This document shows positions 21,501 through 33,639 of a DNA stretch of 64,000 nucleotides, piece by piece. Source of the stretch: Marsupella aquatica (taxonomy: Eukaryota; Plantae; Marchantiophyta); NCBI GenBank assembly GCA_973895155.1, contig OZ316899.1:3617455-3681454 (forward strand), given 5' to 3'. The notes beneath the pieces were generated by a model, which was not told where the DNA came from, made no database searches, and saw only the letters and a program-made list of their open reading frames with translations. Position 1 is the first letter of the stretch. Each line of letters opens with the position of its first letter. The translations under genes and the position numbers were made by a program.

Positions 21501-22253
21501 GCATCACTAGTAGTAAAACTTGTTGTGAGCGTATAATTGTGATTATATTAACTATCATGGTTTTATTTATATTTACCTATTTATTTTCTTCTTTTGTCTT
21601 ACAAACACTTGGACTTTGAAATTTCATTTTACTGCTATATAAGCAACCCTAGCCACTAGAAAAGTTATCCTCATGCATGCCACCTTTTTGAAATCCCTAG
21701 CTTATAACCTAAACACATGCATTCTCCATCTTCTAAAGTATTATCTCAAAAATTTCCATTCTGAAAACTTTGCAAACAACTCTCTTTGCGAAACATTTTT
21801 TGAACCAGTCGGGAATGAATTTATGAACCTCTTGTGAATCCAATTCCATTGGTACTTGTGATACAAATACGTTCTCAAACTTGTGACCAAATTGGCTTTG
21901 GTACTTTGCAACCCAACGTTTTTCACAACACTTTCCAAACATAATAGGTTCACCAACCACTTGTGATCGTATTAGTATCGCTAAATTATGAACCAAAATG
22001 TATCTGAATACGGTCGCGATGGTTGCGGACTCACAAAATCGTTACGAGACAACTAGTATCTAAATGTGTTGCGAAGTCAATAACATCAAAAATTAATTGC
22101 GATGTATGTAGCTTTGCAACGTGAATTTGCGACGATAAGAGCATGGGATATTGTGATGCCTGTTGCATCACAAAATATCTGAAGGTTCTAACATCGCAAG
22201 GCCTTCCCGATGTCAAAAAACACCTTCGCAAAAGGGGCCGATCTGTAGTAGTG

Positions 22254-23270
22254 CAAGCGGAAGTTGCTGATTTTGGACCTTAATAAAATACTTTGGGATT
22301 TTGTTGAATTCCAAAGCAAGGGCACATCCAAGGATATTGTCACCTCAAGTGGAGTGCATTGGGATAGAAAAATGGTATTAGTCGCATGTATACAAAATGA
22401 CCAGGGCTCCATGAGTTTCTTAAGTTGGTTTTTGACAGATTTGACGTTGCAATTTGGACATGTGCTGGGATACCGCAAACAATGAAAATGTTGAACATGA
22501 TGTTCATTGATGAGGAGAGGTCAAAACTCCAGTTCGTATTCACACAGGTGGAAGCTTTTGACACAGGCATTCAAAGGGGTGACATTACAAACGGAAAGGC
22601 AAATGTGCTACTGAAGGATTTTTGGGTGGTATGGAATGCATTTGGAAATCTATATGATGAAACCAACACCCTCCTTGTGGATGACTCCCCCCTTAAGGCC
22701 TTTGCCAACCCAGACATGACCGGATTATTTCCAGTGCCCTACACGCATGCCAATCGTGGAGATAATTTTCTTCTAGCAATTCTTTGGCCATGTCTTGAGA
22801 AACTTTCACATGCAAGTGATATTCGATGTTATCTTCTTCTGAACTCTCCAAAGTGGTCTCTTTTGCACATGAAGAGAGACAAGGCAAAAAATGAGATTAC
22901 TTATGATCAACTTAGCAAGAAATTTGCAGCAAAAATTTGGAAGTCACACTTTACGCATAGTGTGTTGGACCTCAACAACAATGAGATCCCTTGGAATGTA
23001 AAGCACCGTATATGTAGTTTACGTCCTGAGGAGGAACTTGACAATGCACTTGTGAACTCACTTGCTAAATCATTTTTAGGAAATGACTATTCAGGTCCAT
23101 ATAGAGAAAATCCCAGACACTTTTTGCGGGAGATTATAGCCATTAGAAACAACACCACCAAATTTCAACTCCCTGAAAATAAAGGGCATTGCAACCGTGA
23201 CAATAGGGTAGATAGGAAAGGAGACAGGGGCACATGCTCAAATACACATTGTACAAAGCACTTGGTTTAG
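22254..23270 (+). pseudogene. FCP1/NIF-like HAD phosphatase domain, copy 2 (exon begins at 12095, split by the nested CACTA), with C-terminal Cys/His motif
   Basis: Reads KLLILDLNKIL, (R)PGLHEFL...FDVAIWTCAG, NTLLVDDSPLKAFANP, CNRDNRVDRKGDRGTCSNTHCTKH. It is collinear with copy 1 and has a frameshift near 22395. Confidence 0.85.
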
Positions 23271-23489
23271 ATATTTCATTGACTCGTGTTAAGCCCCTTG
23301 GATAGTACTAGAAATGTGTTCGTATTCATTGTAGATTTGCAGATAATTGTATAAAAATATTTTATAATCTATTTGGAATGATGTTATTTTGTTCACACAA
23401 TATCAATGGTCCTTAAATGGGGATGTAATATTTTTATAAGTTACATTTTTATATGTATTATTTATTAATATAATACTAATGTGATTTGG

Positions 23490-23622
23490 CCTATAAAGTG
23501 TACATTTAGAGACACAAAAGTGTACATTTGGGTGTCTTGAAGTGTACATTTGGGGCCATGAAATTGTACATTTCAAGACTCATTTGTGAACAAAAGAAAA
23601 TACATCTTTAATGAATAGATTG
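23490..23622. repeat. Fragment related to the 34001-34338 MITE (AAGTGTACATTT tandem motif)
   Basis: Four AAGTGTACATTT-like copies plus AAAATACATCTTTAATGAATAG, matching the right arm of the MITE at 34250-34332. Confidence 0.6.
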
Positions 23623-23647
23623 ATCAATAGAAAGATATACAAAGACC

Positions 23648-24875
23648 TTGAAGGGTTATGTTCGAAACAAGGCACGTCCAGAGGCTTCTATGGCTGAAGG
23701 CTACCTTCTAGATGAATCTTTAGGATTCCTTTCTGAATACATGATCGATGTTAAGGGGACAGGAATGAGAACATGGGACTTGGAGGAGAATCCTGGTGTT
23801 GCAGGCATTGTCTTGGAAGGAGCTGGAAAGCAGATCACCTTGGAGTGGAATGATATGATAGCTATGCATCATTACATACTGGAGAATGAAGAGCTGGTGG
23901 AACCATGGTATAGGTATGAACATGGTTTATATTGTTAAGTTCTTTGTTGTTTATTATTAAACATAATTGAGTTTTGAGCAAAAATTGTGTGGGCCTAGGA
24001 GCTGACTGTCATTCTTGCCATGCAGGGTTTATGATGATCAAAAGGAGGCAATTACCAAGCACAGAGCAGATTTCCGGAAAGAATGGATGAAGAATCCAGG
24101 AAATCGGAGGAATCCTGTGCCATATCCCTATGATTTGGATGAGTTGCCTCCTTTTAGAGAATGGTTTGAAGTGACAATTAGAAGACATAATTTTGAGAAT
24201 GAGTTTGAACGAATGGTGTTGGCAGCGTATAGTGTACCACCTAGTCTAAAGGCACTGTGGTACAGGGCCTGCAGAGCCTGCAGAGCCTATGGGCACCATT
24301 GGAGGACCATTCCATCACTAGGTTCCTTGATTGATTGTGACTCATTTGGGTTCAAGACTTTTGATTCTGGGATGGCTTGTACATTCACTGAGAAGCGGGT
24401 CATTAGGTCAGGGGCAACAGTAGATGAATCTGTACAATATGTGGGGGTGTTGATAGACATCTTAGTGTTGAACTATGGGCCTCTGATAAAGGAAGTGGTC
24501 ATTTTCAAAGGAAGGTGGGCAAACCCATCTTGGACTCCCAAAGCCACTGCAAGTATGAGATATGATGTGTCTGGATTGTGGCAAGTAAATTTTCAGAAGG
24601 AGCTGGGTGCTTCCAAGAAAATGGACTATGTATTGCCACGACAGATAGAACAAGTGTTTTTTTACCCAAATGATAAGGGGATTGCATGGAGGACAATCCT
24701 CCACAAGGAATCCAGGTCTACAAGGGTGCTAGGTGATTACATGGAAGTTGATTTCCATGATACTATGGATGACAATGCTAAGTTTCACATAGAGTTGGCA
24801 AAAGCCTGTACAACTAGACAGGAGCCCGGACCAAGTACTACAGACAAAGGAAAAAGAAAGTATAAAAGGAAATGA
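23648..24875 (+). pseudogene. 3' remnant of the outer element's TnpD-like transposase (end of DUF4218 + DUF4216)
   Basis: Reads LKGYVRNKARPEASMAEGYLLDESLGFLSEY, YVGVLIDILVLNYG...VIFKGRW and YVLPRQIEQVFFYP. No upstream Transposase_21 domain is seen for this copy. Confidence 0.85.
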
Positions 24876-25105
24876 ATTGTTTGAAGATACTGTATAGTTC
24901 GGTTTCATTTAGTTGGGAGTGGGATCATACTAACATGGCATGCCATGGTCTAGCAGTGAATGCAGCGAATACCTCCATATCTCTTTCAATATGTCACCAA
25001 ATCCGGATCTGTAAAGAGCATTGGAAAGATCTGGTCAAGGCAAGTAAAATTAATATAAAACACTTGGGAAACGGAGGTGTATTAAGGAAGATACAGCCTG
25101 ATTAG

Positions 25106-27079
25106 TGTGACGGGTTAACTTGTGGTCGGAATTAGCGGATTCGGCTTCAGTTTCGGGTTAACCCAAGCTCGGCCACGGCTTAGCTTAGGTAAGCACGGCT
25201 TCAGCTTAGCTCAGGTAAGCATGGCTTCAGCTTAGCTCAGGTCAGCACAGCTTTAGCTTAGGCTTAACCTGGGTTCAGATTAGATTGATCCTGGGTTAGA
25301 CTGAACTTGGGTTAGCCTAAACTCAGGCTCGGGTTAGCATAGGCAAGCTCGGGTTCGGGCTCAGCTTAGCCTAGGTTAGCAGATAGTGGGTAGCGGTCTA
25401 ACCCGAGACCACGGGTTAGCTCTACTCGGGTTAGATAGGATAGCTAGGTTAGCCAAACTCGGGTTAGCTATGTAACTCGGGTTAGCGCAGTAGTGAGTAC
25501 CCTCTCTCGGTTGCGGGGGCATAACTCTCTGTGTATTTAACAAAATTGGCTATAATTGACCTCGTTGGAAAGAGGAGCTCAAGCCGCTTCCAACGCTGCT
25601 ATCCACGCAGCAAATGGTTGAATAGAGAAATTGGGAGAGGAGGCGCAAGCTTGCAAAAACCATGGAGGAGGGCCAAATCCGAAGTACATAGCCAATTCGA
25701 GATAGAAATAAAGTTGCGAGTTAGGGTTCAGTAGTTAGAGATAGTGGCAGCTCTATTAGGGCTGGGATGGGGCTCCAGCAACGTAATATCCACCCATTTG
25801 GGCTCAGTATGAGAGTATATAGAGCAGCCTCCCGGTAGAGGCAAGGGGGGGCAACTTCAGTTGTGTGATCTCACGTAGATTGAGCAGCAGGGAGGAGCTC
25901 TGTGCAAGGAAGGCTGGGCTTGGAAGCTATGTGTTGGGGAGAGCTTGGTTGTGCTATTACTCAGGGAGTAATCAGCCATGCTTCACAACAACGTTGGCCA
26001 GGTTTGCAAGCTGGATTGTGGCTCTTTCTAGTAGGCAACACAACTGGGTTCTTTTCCCCCGATACAGAGCCTTGGTGATAGATGACGTGTTGGTGATTGT
26101 AAACTGTGGGGAGGATTTCAATGTGATTTGCGGTGAGCACATTAGGGAGGCTGAGATACTGATTGAGGGGTAGCAGGAGGAGCATTTACAGTTTAGTCTA
26201 GCAAGGCTACATGATCCATGGGGAGTCCCGGCCTTTGTCTGGTAGAGAGCACTAAGGGATTTATGGCCAGAGCTGAGCTTGCAGGGCAAGCATGAGGCCG
26301 GGCCTCATTATAGTCTGGGGTAGATCGCCGTTAGGCCTGGTACCAGCTTTGAAGTTGAGTCAACTGTGCATGCGTACTTGACATTCTGAAATGGAGGTGT
26401 GAGATCTGTACGTGCCCCCAAGAATGAAGTGCAGTGAAGGAGGTTGAGTTCAGGATTGAGTTTGCAAGGCAAGTACGGGATTGGTTCGAGTCCAATTTGC
26501 CATCGCAATCCGGAGTGAGCCGGGCTCAGGTTCAAGATTGAGCTTGCATGGCAAGCACGGGGCTTGCGGGGCAAGCACGTTGCAATCTGGAGGAGACAAC
26601 CTTCGGGCCTAGTGTTCAGATCAAGTGTTCTCAGTGAACTATTGTGCACATCTTTGAATCTAATTGAGTTTTCCTCTCAGTCCTCATTTCTCTCATGGAT
26701 GTGTGTGTGTGAGGCAATCTGAGTGTATGATGGGACTAGCAGCGCCACTGAGAGGTGTACCGAGTGCATTGAAGTGGGTTGGGTGAGGGCTATCACAGCT
26801 CTGATTGCTGACAGTGGAATGGCAGAGTGGTGGGGCAATGGCTTAGAAGTCCTTAAGCCGGGAATCAGTCAGGAGTCACTGGTTTATGGGTACATTCCGG
26901 CGGCGAAATAGAAATATACCTATGACAATAAGCATACGTATAGACATATGCGCACCGTAGCGCTAGGCCCTGTGTGTACGGGCCCGATATGAATACCTCT
27001 TCTCACCAGAACTATCATGAGCACAAGATCTGATTCCCAACCTTGGTTCCTAGGGATTGAGCTTGGGTGATGTGTGACA
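25106..27079. mobile_element. Probable solo LTR (~2 kb) inserted into an outer-CACTA reading frame
   Basis: Termini are TGTGAC... and ...GTGACA. Internal degenerate GGTTAGC/AGCTTAG tandem repeats lie at 25140-25490. Coding-like frames abut both sides. No clean TSD was found. Confidence 0.55.
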
Positions 27080-30007
27080 GAGTCTTGCTATGATAGTCTG
27101 GTGTTAAGGGCATAAATTGGTGTTTACCGGCCTTCACAACATCCCTAAGTGATCCTCAGGTACAAGGAGATGGTTTTGGCACCCAATAGTGACAGTTTTG
27201 GTGTTGAGACCCATGTCATTCGCGTGACAGATGTAGACTGGGCGCAACATAGACCGTAGGGCGCAAGAAGGAAACAAGTGCACGTCGAACTCCTAGAAGT
27301 GAGGTTACCGCACAGAGGAGACAGAGCTCCAGACTATCAAGAATTGTCTCTGTGAGTATGGTAGAGTCTGGTGATGAGGGCTCTGAATCAGATTATGACA
27401 CTGATGCTGAGTACAGTGAAGATGAGAAACTAGAAAGTTCATCCAAGGTGAGATTCCTATTACATTTCACCAACATTATGAGGAAACTATAGACATTGGT
27501 AGTGATTCTGTTTAATAACATTGGTTTTAACTTGATCTGGATAGGAACATCTGCAACCTCCATCTAAGAGCTTGGCAGATACAAAAGGAACCCCTACAAA
27601 GGTTGGACCTTCCATGAGTGGCATGGTGCAATGTTACAAAAACCCTGTGACTAGCTAGCTATTTGAATGTAAATAATTTCAAAAAATTTCAATGTATTTT
27701 TCAATGTTAATCTATGTCTCATAACTTCAGTGGTTTGCATATGTATAGTGGTGGTTCCATCAACATCGATTGGAAAATCTGGACACTCTACAGTAGTGAC
27801 ATCTAGTCAGGGTTCAGGTAAGTCAATTTCAATGAAGCCTCCTAGGTATTGTATTGTAATATTTCTTGTCCCTCATTTTGCAATTGTGGATGATCAATAT
27901 TGGATGCTCATTGTGTATGTAGAGGGAAGAAAGATTGCACAGAGCAACGCAGGGAATCTAGGCAAGCCAAGAAACAATTTTAGAGAATTGGTAGTGCAAG
28001 AAGGGCTGACAATAAGAAGAAAAAATTGATAACAATAAGATTTTCATTGCACATTTCACATTTGTGACCTATAATTTGTGTACTCAGAAGCAATTGGGTG
28101 TTTGTTTCATTCCCAATGTTGATGACTATCATTTGTGGTGTTTTTTTCAGATTCATGACAATGATATTGATGATTCTCATCCTAATAAACCATATTGGAT
28201 GGAGGAGCTATGTGCCAATGTCTTGAGGTATTTTGATGTATCAGAACCTGATTGGAACAAACAAGATCCAAATATAATTGAGGATGTGCAGAAATTGATG
28301 GATGCAGATTGGGAGTATCCAGATAAGCATTTAGTGTCTGGCAAGAAATTTATTAGTTAGTATCGGACGTTATTGAAGAGAGAACATCACAAACTAAATA
28401 CTTATTGGAAGGATGTATGTAAACATGATCGCTCCAAACCAGGACCTCAATATGTTGACCCATTGAAATGGGCACGACTGGTGGATCATTTTGATAGTCC
28501 TGCTTTGCTTGCAAGGACTGTTGTGATGAAAGCAAGGAGGGCAGAAGTGGTGAACAAAGAGCATTTTGGGAGAGGAGGGGTTGTTGGAGCAAAAAAAAGA
28601 TTGGTAAGAATCTTCAGATGGTCCATCTCACTGCCCAGACTATCATTTGAATTCAAGTGTTTATCTAGTATAGGAATAAACAATGGCATGATAAGTTCTC
28701 ATTAACATTTCATTTGCTTTGAATGTGATTATGTGTTTTTAGAAAGCAAGAGGAATGACAAGTCCTGTTATATCAAAACTTGTGTCTAGTAGTCTAGTCC
28801 CCCCAGTGCAGATCAGTCCATCTTTGGGCAGTGGTGAACATCGAGGCAGTAGTTTTGTTGGAATTGGATCTGCACATGGATCAGCGGTATGTAAATGAAA
28901 ACTTGTGTGTATATTCAATTTGATTATCAGGTATCCATGATGTTCAAATTGTCTTTGATGATTGACATTGTATGGTGTGTTTGTGTATGTAGACTCCGCT
29001 GTCGAGGGAAACTACAATTCAGGAACCAGCTCGGTTACTCAAGCTTGAACAGTCTGTGGAGAATTTGACCAAGTTTGAGTTCAAAGTGGACAATTTAACA
29101 TCTATGATGACTTCTTTCATTGCACAAAGTCAACAAAATCAGTTCCATATGCAATTATCAAATGCAATTGCTACTAAGGTGGTGGTTGAGCCTGAAGGTA
29201 GTAGCAGGAAGCGTTCTCTTACTTTCTCAGACGATGGTGGTGTTAAGAACATACAAGCTTATACTCTATTCATGTTATGCTATAGTTTATTTTTCAATTT
29301 AGAATTAAGTTTTCTAAGCATTCATTGTTTTGTTTTGTTGTAGCTTCTTTAGGGGAGAATCCTGTATCACAGCGAGAGAAATCGGATACCTTAACAAGGC
29401 AGAAGCCAAAGCCAAGTATGGGAGAAACAAATTTGGGAGCACTACAGGAACCTTGCATTGTACAAAGCAGCATTGGTAATGGTGAGAGTGATGAGATTGC
29501 TGTCACAGATGAATAGATAGTGTCAAATGCAATTCAGGAACAAGAGGCTACACCACCTAGGCCTTCAAAGAGGTTCAAGAAATCAACCTCTATCATTATC
29601 TCACCTAGTGAACGAGTACTAGTTCTCTCCCCAAATCCAGCAACAAAGGTGAAATTGTCTTTAGTTGGCTCATGTTGTTAAATTGATGATATGTCCAAAT
29701 CAGTACTACAAGTATTTTGTTCTAACAATTTTGTGTGTGGCAATTTTCAAAAGGAGATGCTGTAGAAGTACAAAGCGTTGTGGATCGCTCTACAGTTGTT
29801 GCTAGAGGTGAAGTGACAAGGTTACCAGGAGAGGATAAATTTCATTGTGTCATGATTGAGAACCCTTGGGTGTGAGTATTAGTTAAGGCATTGTATTGTG
29901 ATGATGCAGCATTGCCAATGCCCAACAAAGAAGAGAAACAACTCTGCTTACGGGATGTGTTAGGAATGAATACATTGTGGAATGCTAGGTTTCTTCGGAA
30001 GTGTTGA
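27080..30007 (+). pseudogene. TnpA-like accessory gene of the outer CACTA, multi-exon, decayed
   Basis: Reads WMEELCANVLRYFDV...PQYVDPLKWARLVDHF...KEHFGRGGVVG. The last exon reads VVARGEV...FHCVMI...V*VLVKALYCDDAALPMP...LRDVLGMNTLWN, a Tnp1/En/Spm-like C-terminal domain. GT-AG introns are visible between exons. Confidence 0.7.
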
Positions 30008-30297
30008 ACATTTTCTTTGATCATGTAGAACAAACAATTTTTGAATGTTTTGGTTACCATTGTTTCACTCATGCGAGTGGAAAATGAGTACTTTCTATCA
30101 TTTCATCATAAAGACTTATGTTTTTTCAATTGTTCTATATTAGAGCTTGTGAATGGTGGAGTGTGAATTTCCAAATACAATGATGAATGATGGATAAAGT
30201 GATGTTTTTGTTTACCGTTTTAAGTGGATTCATTGTATGTGATTTTGAATATAACTATGAGCACCTCTTAGATACATCCCAAATGACATTACTTAAA

Positions 30298-30570
30298 GAC
30301 ACCTTGTATGACACCCTATATGACACCCTATATGACACCCTGTATGACACCATGTATGACACCCTCAATGACACTCTGTATGACACCCTATATGACACTC
30401 TGTATGACACCATGTATGACACCCTCAATGACACCATGTATGACACCATGTATGATACCCTCAATGACACCATGTATGACACCCTCAATGACACCCTCAA
30501 TGACACCTTGTATGATATTTTTAATGACACCATGTATGACATCCTCAATGACACCCTCAATGACACCTTA
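30298..30570 (+). repeat. Subterminal tandem array, 12-bp unit (T/A)ATGACACC(C/A)T(G/A/C), ~22 copies
   Basis: Directly visible. Dispersed ATGAC/GTCAT copies continue to the TIR. The ORFs 30187, 30255 and 30308 are artefacts of this array. Confidence 0.9.
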
Positions 30571-30898
30571 AATGGTTTATTATTGTGTCATTTACAACAT
30601 GTCTGATATGACATATAATGACAACCGTGCATACTTGCCACGTGTTGTGATATGATTTGTTTAAATATGTGTCATTAAAGACATGACCAAATGACCGACG
30701 GTCGTTCATTCAGTCATTTAAGACAACATGTCATTTCAGAAATATTGTGTCATTTAGGACTACCATAAATGACTAATGAGAGTTTTAGTCATTTGTCTTA
30801 ATTGACTGTCCTAAAAGACAAGGCATGTATGACAAGAAAGCTCTAGTCATATATTGGTACATATGACTCATTTTTCAGCCCTCATTCTAGTCCTTTAA

Positions 30899-30918
30899 GA
30901 CACTATTTTTCACTAGTG
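30899..30918 (-). repeat. Right terminal inverted repeat of the outer CACTA
   Basis: ...CACTATTTTTCACTAGTG ends at 30918, followed by TTC (predicted TSD). Confidence 0.8.
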
Positions 30919-30969
30919 TTCAGGCCAATATATGTACAATTTCTTTGTGCAAATCAATGATGTTGTTTA

Positions 30970-31800
30970 TCAAGTGTGGGAAGAAGCCGACTGCCAATTG
31001 TTTGGAGTCATTGGGCATGAGTTTCATATGCAAGTTGGCACATAGGAAAGAGATTGTTTCCGTGTCATGAATGAGTGTTGGGCAATGAGAATTGTGGAGA
31101 ACAAGAGCAAGAAAACTAAACAGATATTAGGGATTCAGAAGATGAGAACCAACCCAACATACCAACAAACAGGGGAAGGAGCCAAGGAAACAAGAGTGGA
31201 ACAAGTGGAGGTCGCAATACAAGCACTTAACCTTGGAGCAGTGGAAATAGAGGACAAAATTCAAGAACGATCGCTCAGGAGAACTATTAACTGAAGAACA
31301 ACCAGCAAGGAGATGCAATATCCAGTAACAAGTAATAGTTAAGAATTACTTGTTTTATTAGACCAACATAATAGATAACCATTAACAAGTAACCTTAGTG
31401 GAATAAAACGATTATAGAAATCAAATAAACAGTTTGGCAGTTACAACTGCTGATAGTTAGGAGAAGTTAGGAAAAACCAGTTTGTATGAAAGATATGGTG
31501 TAGTAAAGTAGGAGTGAGAAGGGTATTTTGTTGTGGAAACTTTTAGGATCAGGAAGCTAGAGAGGCAGCCCAAGAAGAGGTAGTGCCGAATTGCTAGACC
31601 TGGAGGTAGAGAGATGGGAGCTCATGCAAGAAAAACCATGTAAAGAAATTGATGTGTTCATGGAATGAAAGATGCAGTCAATACATATTGGCAAAACTAT
31701 AGGGAGTATCAGATTCCATAGCTTGTATATGTTGTATGTCAGTAGAGTTAAAGTTAAGAAGTTAATTGTAAAGAAAAGATGGTTAGAAATATTGACATTT
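30970..31800 (+). other. Possible decayed LINE-like or retroelement fragment
   Basis: A-rich plus strand with a degenerate knuckle-like CQLFGVIGH near 30990-31016 and short charged ORF pieces. There is no diagnostic domain. Confidence 0.2.
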
Positions 31801-31914
31801 GACAATGGGAAAATTTATTTGGATTTGGTTGGAACGTGTTAAAGGGAGAATAAGTATTGTATGGCATGTAGAAATTGAGATTGTACACTATTAAGAAAAT
31901 TCCTGCAAGATTAG

Positions 31915-33561
31915 TGTGGCACGGTTCCCAAGACCTCTAACACCGAGAACTACCCTCAACCGATCATAAACCACTTGGTTATGTCGGTCCTCTTTCCTTA
32001 CGGCAGCTATTTAGCTTGGAAACGCGATACTCTCCTTGGGTCCACACTTACCAGACCGATTCTTTCACTGGGCTTGTGAATTGTGCACAACTGAGACACC
32101 TAATTCCTCTTTAACTTCTTCAGGTATATTTGTATTTCGCCCCCGGAATGTACCTCTACGGCTTAATTTCTTAAGCCGGCTGAAGGTCTTTTTCAGACTG
32201 ACTCAACCCACACTTCACCGACTAACACTCTCAATCCTCACTGTTCTCTCAGAGTTTGATTTGGGCAGTCTCCAATCAAGGCAATGCAATTGTATTTTGC
32301 TCAACAGTTCACCCTATCTGACTTTAATCGATCAAGCAACAGATATCATAACACTCAACTTCTTGGATGGCAAGAATCTGCAAACTATGCAATGAAGCCA
32401 ACTCAATTCAAACAATTGCTCAGAAATCCAAGGGAACTGGTGGTTTACTGATACCCTGCGGTCTAGATTTAGCCGAGAGCTTCCTGTGTTTACAACAATA
32501 CACATTAACACTAAAGCCTTGACTAAGAAAAAGCCCCTGAAACCACGCTGCCCAGGTTTTTATCCTTGCAGCGCTTTAAAAAACAACAACAGAGATCCTA
32601 ACCACCACACATGGCCTTCCACCGCGATAATCCTAAAAAAAACTATCACCTAAAAACTTGAATAGCTCGGAACCCTGTGTGAACCGAGCATCTACTACTA
32701 TCTAAGCCGACAGGGCACTACTTGCCCTGTCCCATCCTACAACGGTCGCGCCCTTCTGGCCCAAGCCCTTCTCCTGCCGCCACGTCCTCCTTCCAACCGA
32801 TGATTGGCCCTCCTTAATTGTCAAATGACCGGGGGTAAGTCCGAATCTTCCGACTCTGCACCTTCTCCTGCCATCAGCCCCGGCCTGACCCCTTCGGCTT
32901 CTGTTTTGCCGGCCCCGGCATCGGTCTCGGCATCGGCATCTGCATCTGCATCCGCATCCTCCTGGGAAACGGCTTGGAGAGCCTTTGCCTTAACTTCCTC
33001 AATCCAAGCCTTTTCCCCGATGCGCTCGGTCTCGATAACCCATGGTTTCACGTTCTGTGTGTCCATAGAAGCAGTACCATCGTCTAAACCTATTACCGCA
33101 GCTCCAAGTTGATCCGCAGTACTTACCTCTACCACCGCTGCCTTCAGGGCCACAGTACCACAAATGTGAGCAGCCATGCTCTCGACTTCCTCCGGAGTGG
33201 CTTTAAGGGTTTTAACTTTATTATCGCCTGGCCCCATGAACGTCTTTGCCAAGTCTGCCACCAACTACATGGCTTTGCCCCCAGTCACACTTGACAACAG
33301 AGAGCTTGGCTTCGGCTTCGGCTTCACTATATTTCCGCCTACCATACTACTGTCGGGAAGCCTTTCAGTTGGTGACCCATATCCCGCTTCGGCATACTTC
33401 TTCAATTTCTGCGTTTGATTGTCGGCACGCCTCTGTAGCGCGATCATCTTATCCTTGGCATCCTCCAATTCTTGAGATACGTCTTCAACTTCATCGTTAA
33501 GCCATAGTATCTCGGCCTTGGCCGTCTTCAACTCCTCATTTAAGATCTGCACGATCTCCAA
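31915..33561 (-). mobile_element. 3' end of a Gypsy-like element: coiled-coil/acidic accessory ORF (33561-32821, one stop) + purine tract + ~827-bp LTR (32741-31915)
   Basis: On the minus strand a purine-rich tract precedes TGTAGGATG at 32741, and the LTR ends ...GTGCCACA at 31915. The last ~280 bp match 34880-35157 in inverted orientation. Confidence 0.55.
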
Positions 33562-33639
33562 CTTGCTTATCTACGGCTGCTTTCAAGGAGTCGTTGATAC
33601 CTTCCAGTTTTGTGACCTCACACCAAGGGAAGGTCGAGC

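Larger units (their letters stand above)
12117..22253 (+). mobile_element. Complete nested CACTA/En-Spm element, 10,137 bp, inserted in the FCP1-like copy 2 exon
   Basis: The left TIR CACTACTACACTATCGGCCCCTTTTGCGAA starts at 12117. The right end reverse-complements to CACTACTACAGATCGGCCCCTTTTGCGAA and ends at 22253. The 3-bp TSD is CAA (12114-16, 22254-56). Excision restores ...SRPGPVKRKLLILDLNK. Confidence 0.95.
2846..30918 (+). mobile_element. Large CACTA/En-Spm element (outer), left end outside window, with captured cargo genes and nested insertions
   Basis: The right terminus TTTTTCACTAGTG ends at 30918 (reverse complement CACTAGTGAAAAA) and is preceded by subterminal ATGACA-type repeats. 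TnpD-like (23648-24875) and TnpA-like (27080-30007) coding remnants are present. Assigning 2846-12116 to the same element is an inference from same-strand continuity and the paired cassettes. Confidence 0.65.

Noticed and set aside
21505-21520. CACTAGTAGTAAAAC as another CACTA left TIR
   Set aside because: It has no matching right end or TSD and no subterminal repeats directly behind it. It lies at the end of the transposase coding region.
30187-30606. ORFs with YDTL/MTP/RVSY repeats as real proteins
   Set aside because: They are translations of the 12-bp subterminal array, which is open in several frames.
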